A stretch of DNA of 35,516 nt, from assembly GCA_904397185.1 (NCBI GenBank), contig CAJFOL010000073.1, positions 1 through 35,516 of the forward strand, written 5' to 3'. This DNA is from an uncultured Clostridia bacterium. Its GTDB lineage: Bacteria; Bacillota; Clostridia; Christensenellales; UBA1242. The number at the start of each line of letters is the position of its first letter. Positions within the stretch are counted from its first letter, which is position 1. Positions 9,955 through 20,400 of the stretch are shown in pieces. A program made the position numbers and the translations under genes. The notes under the pieces are model-generated. The model did not search any database, was not told where the DNA came from, and saw nothing but the letters and a program-made list of their open reading frames with translations.

Positions 9955-10342
9955 AAAAATTCCCTTGTCTTTATTCTTGCAAAAATATACAAAAATATTA
10001 CAAGTGAAAGAAAATTTAAAAATAATTATTAATAAAAAAGGAAATTCTCAAAAAATAAATAAAAAATTAAAAAAATATTAAATAATATATAAAATAATAG
10101 AAAAAAATCAAAAAATATGTTTTTAACATAAAAAACAATTAAATAAAGAGGGAATAATGATATAAATTAAAAAAATAAAGTGGTTTTTAAATTTCAATTT
10201 AATTTAAAATATATTTTTAAAAATGTATTTTAAAAAAAATATTGTTGCTTTACTCTCTAGAAAATACTGAAAATATTTGTTTCAAAAAAAAATGGCAATA
10301 ATTTTATGCATAAGTTACTTTATTATAGTTAAAAATATCTAT

Positions 10343-10711
10343 ATGCTTGACTTAAAGTCAAAATTGGTCCTTAAAATTTTGATTAAAGAATGTCCTTATG
10401 GCTCTTACAACATTATAGAATCCAAGGATATTATTTCTGCCATGCCTAGCAAATACAAAATAGACATGGAAGGACTGGAAAATATTTTGATTTATCTTGA
10501 GAGGCAGGAGTACATTTCAATCAAATATGATGATGACGGAGTGTACTGCCTTTGTGTGCTTCCTTTTGGAAATGAAATACTTGAAAATGATGACAACAAA
10601 AAACGGGAAGGCAATCCTCCCCGTCTTTGGGTTATAATCTTATTAGTCTTTATTTCTAGTCTTCTAGCATGTCTTCTAGGAACAGTGCTTGGTCGTATTC
10701 TACCCCTCTAG
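10343..10711 (+). CDS. Hypothetical winged-helix-like protein with a C-terminal TM helix (paralog of 9589..9954)
   Basis: Start moved from 10277 (TTG) to the ATG at 10343 because MLDLKSKLVLK aligns with the N-terminus of the paralog. YLERQEYISI...YCLCVLPFG. Hydrophobic C-terminus. Confidence 0.8.
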   Translation: MLDLKSKLVLKILIKECPYGSYNIIESKDIISAMPSKYKIDMEGLENILIYLERQEYISIKYDDDGVYCLCVLPFGNEILENDDNKKREGNPPRLWVIILLVFISSLLACLLGTVLGRILPL

Positions 10712-11417
10712 TAAATATTCTAATTTTAGACTGACGAGCCATACTATATATCCCATCAATGCCAATAATGAGTGAATCGATTAGTTTACAGCCTGAAAAA
10801 CTAAATAATCCTAGCATCTGCTCATAAGAAAGATTATCTTGTTTTGATGCAATACAACTCCCGCCTGGATGATTATGGACTATATATGCACCTGGCATTT
10901 TATAGGTAGAAACATATAGTGCAATATCTCGCATATTGAGTGAGACCATTGCCGTTCCACCCTTGCCAAAGCATCTACCCTGCATGACTTCTCCTGCAAT
11001 GTTGACACCAAACAAGTATACTTCTTCCTCATTTCTGCATCTAAGCAATTGTTCTACATAGTCAAGAAAATCGCCGAGCGAACTTGGTGGTTGTTCTGAT
11101 AATTTTTTGTTTGTGTAATAATTGAACACCTCAACCAGAGAGTGTATCTTTTTTGCAGCAGTTTCGCCAACACCTTTGACTTCCATCAAATCTTCAACAG
11201 ATGCATCTAAAACAGTTGGAACATTTTTGAACCTATCAAGAAGGCGATGGGCGAGAGGATTTACATCCCCTCGCGGGATTATGAAAAAGAGAATAAACTC
11301 AAGTGCTTGGATATCGCTTAGACCTATGAGACCGACAGTGTTGACTGTATCAAGTAATCTCTTTCTATGTCCATCATGGACGCACTTTTCATTGTTAACT
11401 TTAGTAACTTCTCTCAT
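10656..11417 (-). CDS. radC: RadC family JAB/MPN-domain protein
   Basis: HDGHRKRL N-terminus, HhH motif (VKGVGETAA), JAB motif E...HNHPGG...S..D. GAAGGGG SD inside the upstream gene. Confidence 0.92.
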   Translation of the reverse strand: MREVTKVNNEKCVHDGHRKRLLDTVNTVGLIGLSDIQALEFILFFIIPRGDVNPLAHRLLDRFKNVPTVLDASVEDLMEVKGVGETAAKKIHSLVEVFNYYTNKKLSEQPPSSLGDFLDYVEQLLRCRNEEEVYLFGVNIAGEVMQGRCFGKGGTAMVSLNMRDIALYVSTYKMPGAYIVHNHPGGSCIASKQDNLSYEQMLGLFSFSGCKLIDSLIIGIDGIYSMARQSKIRIFTRGVEYDQALFLEDMLED

Positions 11418-14400
11418 TGTTGTTCCCCTTCACTAGTATTTGCTGCAGCCACTAATTCCTCATAACTCTTGCCGTCCCAATCTTTTGGATATTGAGTAGC
11501 ATAAATACTATCCTCACCTATTTGGAAATAATTTTCGATATAATATCCCCCATCTTCGCAAAATATTTGGTCAACGTCAGATAGAATAAGAGGATTCATA
11601 TCTTCAGTATTTCCATTCCTATATATGTTTGTACCATCAAATCTTTGAATCTTAGCCGTTTCAAAGTCGTTGAGATTTGTGGCTTGATACCATCTGTTTG
11701 TATCAAGCATTTCTATTTTAGTAAAGCCATATCTTCCTCTAGCCCCACTAATACCATTGATACCATTTTGAGCCCATGCAGATATTTCTTGGCTATCTGT
11801 AGAAACGATTATTTCACCTCTTTCGCCTGCTTGTCCGCCTTCGCCTGCCTCACTTGGTTCTGGTACTTCTGATCTTGCCTCTTCACCATAGCCTTCGGCA
11901 AGTGTAGATATGCTTTCTTCTGCTCTATAGCCAGAGCCACCTGCACCGCCATTGCCACCGTCACCTGCTTTTATTATTCCATTATTGACAAATCCCATGT
12001 TGTCGTCAGTTAATGAAATAATGTTTGTTGAAGAAATAATAACATTTTTACCTGCGGAAGCATCTTCGCCATCTTCACCATCTTCACCAAAATCTGTCGC
12101 ATTATCTCCATTCTCGCCATCCATACCATTTGCGGATGAAATATAGCCAAAGTTTGTGAATTTTAACGGTGTGCTACTTGAAGTTAGTCCTTTGAATAGT
12201 GTTAGGTCATAGAACTGGCTGTTGCTTTGCAGGTGTGAGCCTGAACTATATAGGTCATTGTTGGTGTTGATATCTGAGGTTATTGTAACATAAGATGTTA
12301 TCTCAATGGTATCACCATCATAATTTCCGCTATAGTCAATCAAAGCACCGCTATTCTTATTGTATCTTTGAATAGAGCCATAATATTTGATATTGATAAT
12401 ATCTGCTTGTATGCTTGTACTTGACGTGGTAGTTTTCTTTATAAACAATGTATCATCATTCTCACCAAGGAAAACTATATCTTTTATATACGAGTTTGTA
12501 CCTAAAAGTGATTTGAAGAAGTTTGAGCCAAAATATGATATGTAATAATTGTTACCTATTATATTGACATTCCCTTTCTTTACAAATCCATCAGGTTCCA
12601 TATTAGAACTATCAAATGATATATCATTCATAAGAATTATAGACAGTGGTTCATTAGGTTTAACTGCATTTTCAACTACGTCACTATTTGTAATAGTTGG
12701 AGTCTGAGAATATGCATTTTTAACTGAGATATTAAAGGTGAAATTCTTAACCTTTACAGTGCTGTCTTGTACTCTTTCTACCATCTTTAGCAAGAATACA
12801 TATGCAGATTCTCCATCGATAATTTCATTTCTATAAACTCTATCTAAATATGCCCCTATAGAAGTTCCATTTTCTGTAGTGAGGTCTACATCAAACTTAG
12901 AGGTGTCTCCTTCTAAGATGCCAGTGCTTATTGTATATGTGTTGTAACGAGCAAATTTCGAACTTCCCCAAGAATAGCCTACGGCATTTATTGAAGTAGA
13001 AAATTCCTGTATACCATTCAATGCCTGCTCAACTTTATAAGTTATCTCATCTAGTGCTGTGTATCTATCATTTAACATCACATAATTTGTTGAGCCAACA
13101 CGACCTAATCTTAAAATATAATTTGTATCATTTTCATCGGTGTATTCAAATTCATCTTGTGTAAAGTATAGTTGACCTGTTGCACTTGATATTATATCAT
13201 AGATACTTACACATTGTCCTTGCAATGAAGTATATACACGACTCGGTCTAAATGTATATTGTCCACCATTTACACTATATTCTATACTTTCCCCTTGAAC
13301 ATATGTTTCTGCATCTTGATTATATCTATTTATAATCTCATTATTACTATTATAGTAAATAACATATGATGGTTCTCTTGTTCCATCTTCATCATTAAAT
13401 TGTCCTGCACTGTCATATGATAAAATCAAATTATCATTCACATCATACACGTTGAAGCCTTCTCTGTTTACTGGATTGCCGTCCTCATATGATACTTCAC
13501 TGAAGTAACTTACTCCTACAATGACTTTTCCGCCTCCAGCCGTATTGTCAACAGCATAATAGATTATTGTATTTTCTAAAATCATTTCATCAAGGTTGAT
13601 ATTTGTTTGCACTATGAAATATTCCAACTGACTAATTCTAGGATTGCTATCTCGAACAACAACTGTTATTTCATCCAAGTCATCTTCAGACAATGCATAG
13701 CCTGCGAAGAGTTCTATACCATATTCATTGTTCTCATTTGTTAAAACATAGTTTGGACTTAAAATATTTGTATAGTATTCTTCAGAACCCTCTGAAACTT
13801 TTGTGATAGTATTTAAGGTTGACTCACTCTCGCCTCCCCATAGTTCATAGATAACTGTGTCGCCGATTTCAAAGATGCTATTGTCTATACCTATTGTGAG
13901 ATTTGTCAAAACTGTTTGGTATGACTGTGTGTAATTTACTGACAATGTCCCATAGTATACTGTGACACCATTAAGAGTGTATGTTGTCAAGCCATTTAAG
14001 TCACTTTGATTGATAGTCAAAATATTGTCAGTAATAGTTGCTGAATTTGTGCTTGTTTCATATTCAAATTCGCGTTCAAATATGGCTTCAATATAGCCAA
14101 CAACTTCTCCATCGTCTGTAATATCAGTTCTTTGAGTAAATTCTGTCTCCAAACTTGCAAATAAGTTGTCTAATGTTACACTATTATCTAAATTATTGAT
14201 TATTGTGGTAAATGTATCTAAGTAACTGATAATTTGTTGGTTAATGCTCTCAATTTCACTCTCAGTCACTGTGCCATCAATTGTCAATGTCAATACGTTA
14301 CCTTCAATAGAAACGTCAAATGTGTGTCCGCCTATGATAAATGGAGGACAGTTTGCTGACTTAACCCAAGTTCCATTGCTGTAACTAAATACTGGAATGC

Positions 14401-17400
14401 CACTTAAGATGGCTAAGCCTTGATTTGATGATAATGATTGAAGATTTATTCTAAATTCATAACCTTGAGAATCTATGATTGTGCTTGAAGGATTTGATGA
14501 GTCTGTTGTAAACGAAGCATAACTTGCAAATTCTCCTCTTCCGTCTAAATTATCAACTACAGCAAAATTTTCTTGAATAAAGGAGCGAAGTTGATTCTCT
14601 AAAGTCGATCTCTCTGTTTCATCTAAATTCAAGTTTGCAAAAGTAAACATCAAATTGCCGTTATAACTTGCAATTGTGTAATTGTAAGTATTGCCGTTGA
14701 GCACAATTGAGTCAGTTGTACTGCTACCCATACTCCATCCGCTTGTATCTGAATATTGAGCAATAAGTGCTCTGTCATGGTAGAGTGTATAGTTTGTAAC
14801 ACTACCTGCAAACTCATACTCGTTTGCTATGTAAAGATTGATTATACTGTTGTACAAAATCACTTCACTTGATGTGATATTGTCGTTATACCAATCTGTT
14901 ACAACTTCACCATACTCAATATTTGCACTGCCTGAACTTGAACCACTTGCATTGTCTACACTATCGCTTGCATTTCCTCTAATGTTTGTAAATGAAATGT
15001 CTTTTATTCTCTCCGAAACACCCGCGACTGAGCAATAATAAGTTTTATCACTAAATCTATTGTTGATAATTGTTTGAACATTATCGTAGAAATCTGTTCC
15101 GCCATTTAGTGTTATATCCTCTTCATTTACCATAACATTTGCTCTACCATTTGATAGGTCGGCATTTGGCAGGTAAACAAGTAGTCCGCTTTCAGTTAGA
15201 CCAAAGTATAATACTGTCAAGTTAGAATCAGTGTCAGTGAAGTCTTCATCATATACAACTTCAGGATAATTCTCTTTCAAATAGTCTAATGTTACTCCAT
15301 CTTCTGCAAGTACTGCTTTTACCACTCTATCATAGTATATTGAAGGGTTAAGATTTGAACGTAATGTGTATCCGCCGATTGGTTGGAAACTATTAATTCC
15401 GTTTATCTCTATACCTACTGAGTAGTCATCAATATAATAATATTTTACATTTGATGGATTGAACGACAATGTCACATCATAGTCAAAATGTATACTGTAA
15501 CTTATTGAACCAGTCAATTCATCATCACTATAACATCTAAAGGTGATACTATTTTCACTGACAGACAAAACTGACGAGGTTAAAGAAACTTGGCCTCCAC
15601 TTGTTCTGCCTGTTGCCTCTATTGAATAATAGGAAGTATTTGCCATATAAGGCAAGTTGCCTAAAGATGCCGTAATCTCATAGGTGTATATACCAGCATT
15701 GAATATTGAACGCAAGTTATTTTCTTCTGCAATGTAGTAACTTGTTCCCCCTATTTGTACCTGTCTTGTCTCGCTTCCACTGGCATGACTTCTAGTACCA
15801 TCCTTTATGGAAGAACCATTTGTTGTGCTTACTGCATCGCTTTGACTTGAAACAAATTTGTTTGTTCCATCATCACCTTTGTATCTTTCAACATAATCTG
15901 AGTAAGCCTCGTCATATGATACTGGACTGAACTCTAAGTTGGTAACTTTATGAGGACTTTCAAGCCCATCACCCATATCAATACGATTTCTCCAGCCATA
16001 GTTTCCTACTCCATTGATTAATACACCAGCTTTTTTGCCTGTAAAATAATTTATGGTTGATTGTATTGACAATTCAACTACAAAACTCTTTGGCAAGCCA
16101 AAACTATTATAAGAGTTGATATAAACATTTGCATCTCCACTTTCAGGTCTTACTACTTCGGTGTCTATTTCAACAATTCTCTTTTCAATAGTACTGAAAT
16201 AAAGTATTGGTCCGAAAAGTATAGGCAATAACCACTCTGTTTCAAGCATAGATTCGCCATGGAAGTTTAGAGAACTAACTTTCACATAGTCGCTTATCTC
16301 CGCCCAACTCCAAGACTGAATTTCGGTGTCTTTTTCTAGCATTGAACCATTCATGTATACCGAATCTTCGCTTGCATCTAGTACTGCAAGACCACTTGCT
16401 GAGCCGTCACCAATATCTCCTATGGCATATGCCCAGACATTTCGTGGACTCGTCTGTCTTAATACTAAGTCTTCACGTCCATCCATTTCCCAATAGAAAC
16501 CAGTTGTTGGGCTTGCACCCAATGCTTCAATTGTACCTTCATTGTAGCATGAGGTAACACTTGCATTCTTTGCCTTTGCAATTATACCGCCACCATATGA
16601 GAAGCCTTGGATATTGCCATCTTCATTTGTTTTTCCATTATACTTATTTCCAGATTTGATTGTGCCTGAGTTGTAACTTCCTTGTATTGTAAGGTCATCG
16701 GCACTACTAAAGCCAGCAACACCACCTACATAATATTGTCCAAGATTTGTGAGAAGTCCGCTGTTGTTTGCATAGCCTGCCATAACTGAAGTTGCATTGT
16801 AACTATAGTTGATTGCACTCTCGCCGTCATCATCTGCAGACGCAACTAAGCCTACAATACCACCAACATAGTAGTTTTGGGTTGCAGTATTTGCAGTTGA
16901 GTAAACATTGATAGGTGCATAGTTTGAACTATAATTTATTGTACTATCAAGCATTGTACCTACAATACCACCGACTGCAAGTACAGAATAACCTGAACTA
17001 AAGCCATCTACGTCAATGGTAACCATGTTGGTAACTGTTGATATTGTTGAATTTTGTGCTTCACTGGCAAGTGCACCAATCGTCAAGTACTTGAAGTCTT
17101 CACCAAAGATTGAGGTGATATTAAAGTCATCAAATAAACCTTGAAGTAGGTCGTTTATTAGTTCTAAGAAGCCTGAGTTGTTGCTTTTGTCGATTAGTTC
17201 ACCTACAGTTGCATTTTTAATTGAGCCTGATAATGTAATGTTTGAAATATCAGAATCATATATCCTAATGGCTAAAAGTCCATTACTTGATATTTCTGCA
17301 TCGGTCAAACGAAGATTTCTAATATTCGAACGTGTCACCACTTCTATACCAGTTGATGGACCAATCATATCAAATAATGGAGAGGTCAAGCCTGAGATTG

Positions 17401-20400
17401 TCTTTTCTCTACCATCGAAGTTGATAGGTATATATGTGTCTCCATTGTCGGTCGTAGTGGTTGTCTCAAAGATAAGGCTAGTCCAAGTAGAATACTGTGA
17501 CTGCGACAAATCAATATCATACCATAGAACGAAGTTTCTTACCTCTGTAGTTGTCGTGCCTTCATCGGTTGTAATTGTATAGTCAATATCGTCAGCCTTT
17601 GCAAGCAAGCCTGCATTAGGTATTATGAAATAGACATTGCTATAGTCACTTGGTCTTGTATTGTTTGCAAGTCTAGTATACTCTGTCTCGGTAATGTATT
17701 CATCATAGTTTGTACCTTGTGTTGTCGTACCTGCCGAGACGTATGATGACGTTTTTAAGAAGCCAAACTTAGACGTTGGATAACCATAGTTAAAGTCGTA
17801 GTCGCCTTTATCATAGTTGTTTCTAATACCAAGATTGCTCTCTGAGTTGTTGGTTAAGCCAGTGACATAGTCAGTGTTTTGCTTATAATCAGTGTCATCT
17901 TCCAAAACTGAAGCATTTATTGCATTATAGTCATAGTACGAATCTGTGATATTATCGTTTTCATCATCTACACCAAATATAGAAAGTTCCCCTGTCGGTT
18001 TCCCGCTTGTGGTGTAGTCATTTAAGTCAAGTTTTGTAATAGAATAACTGTTTGCAATCTCAAATGTATTTGTATTTAGGGTTGATGCGAATGCATACAG
18101 GTTTGCTGAAATGTAAGAAGTTATGCTCCCTGTTGTGTAACTATTGAATACAAATTTATTGTTGTCACTATTTGAAATTGAACCATTCAATTCATTTCTT
18201 AGCCCTACAAGTCCATAGACTTCAGCCATATCTCCTGAATCACTTGCACCTCTGTAGATTATATCCAAAGCGGTCGTAGCATATTCTATCTTTCCAGAAT
18301 ACAGGTTTGTCACAACACCTGCGACATCTATAACTTTGTTGCCACCAATATCCATTTTGCCTTTAACTTGCACCGCAAATATTTGGCTGTTGTCATACAT
18401 ACTGTTTGCAATTCCTGAATAGTTGTCATCAAGTGTTATTGTACTGCCTTCGCTATCCATTGAATTTGTTGATATATCAACATTGACTACAAGCCCTGAT
18501 ACATATGAGAATCCACTAAGCGAATTGATAAGTGAAGAATGAGTTTCGCTTGAATCGTTAACCGTATAGTTTATCTCACCAGCGCCACCAATTATAGCAA
18601 CGTCTTTAAGAGTTGTCTTGTCTGTGCCTACTTCTAATTCTGTGCCTACTTCTAATGTGAAAGGTTCTGTGAATGATAGGTCAGCACTATTTTGACTGAT
18701 TGTAGCATAGGTCATACCATTAAACTTATATGAATTAGGAATAATGGTAGTATCATTTGTAAGTTCATAAGGCTGTAACTTATGTCCAACATCTACATTA
18801 TCGACACTTAACAGAGTATTTATTTGTGCATATCTGCCAAGCATACTTAACTCGTTTGTTCCGTCTGTGCTAAGGCTTAAATTGTTTGTAGAGTTGTAGC
18901 CATAGCCATCTCCAATGTATGGTACTAAGTAACCTATATCACTTCCGTAGTTATCTATGCAAAGTGAAACGGAAGAACTGTAATAGTTGTTGCTAAGTGC
19001 ACTTTGAGGAGAAGGTGCCCTGCCGAACAATGCACCTATAGATGTATAAGTAGTATTTGTACTGTTAACTTCATCTCTTGCATTGTGGTTTGTAACCATT
19101 GAATAGTTGCCATTTGCGACAATTCTATATTGACTTGAAATATCAGCCAAAAGTCCACCAAAGACATATGAATCTAATTCTTCAAGATTGTCATCATAGC
19201 ATACGTAAACGTCACCATAGTTGAAACTGTTGGTAATTGTAGCCTGTATAGTCTGACTTATTCCCGCTGGACTGCCAAGTCGACCTACAAGACCACCTGC
19301 TATAACGTCTCCACCTTGACTGTTTGCCCCATAAACTTTAAGCATACCACCAAAAGATGTGTTTATAAGTGAGACTGTATCGCTAGCACTTGTGAAATTT
19401 GTTTCTCCTATGATACCACCAAAGGTTATATTGCTAATATTTGAGTAAACGGCACCATTGAAGGCAACGTATGAGGAGTTTTGAGCGCCAACATTTACTC
19501 TTGAAATAGAATTTCCACCAGCACTTGTGTCAGTCTTGTAAACACTTCCTATGATACCGCCGACTGCCGGGCTATCGTCAATTTCACCACTTCCAATAAC
19601 TACAAATTGAGCATATGATACTACTCCACTTGTAATATTTACGGTGTTATTTCGAAGTTCGGCAAGTGAGGTCGCTGTTGTCTCGCCAAGAACGGAGCCT
19701 ATTGCAGAGTCATCGCTTATACCTACAAATCTAAATGATTCTCCGTTTGCATTCAATCTAGTAAGGTCAGCCCCCATACTGAAATATGCATTTGTTGAGC
19801 CTACCACAACACCTGCTTTTACTATACCAACTGTATTTGCTGTACCAAGTGTAAGGGTGTTGCTTGCATAATCATTGCTGTCTAAGGTGTCTTTTGATAT
19901 CTCACTGACACCACTTGAAGCACTTGATAGTGCCACAATTTCATAGTTTAATTCGCTAAGGTTTGTAATAGTCATTGAACTTCCAAGCGAACCTGCATAG
20001 CCACCTGCATATAACGAGGTAATTGTCACATTATTTTCACTGCCACTATTTTGAACTACATATAATCCGCCGTCAAATCTTGCACTATTGAAGTTTATTG
20101 CATTGACATTTGTATTGTCTGCTCTACCAAAGATTATACCTGTGTGCAATGTGGTAAATGACGAAGTTGCACTGCTTGTATCGTTGAGATATACATCAAC
20201 ACTGCCTGTGAAATTTGATTGCAAAGTCAAGGTATCAAGTCCGTGATTATAGCCAATATATCCTGCAATATATGCATTTGTCGCTGAAGCATGGCTTACT
20301 GTCACCCTTTGATTCTCATCATTTGACGAATTTATTCTTTCAATACCTTGTAGTGACAAATTCATCCTAAGAGCATTTGCCTCTCTTTCAATCAAACCAA

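Noticed and set aside
9845-10081. 78-aa + strand ORF
   Set aside because: Low-complexity K/N/I product of A-tract DNA, antisense to a better gene.
10304-10313. TTATGCATAA palindrome, also at 31591-31600, both in divergent spacers
   Set aside because: A 10-mer in very AT-rich DNA, with inconsistent position relative to the promoters; plausible by chance.
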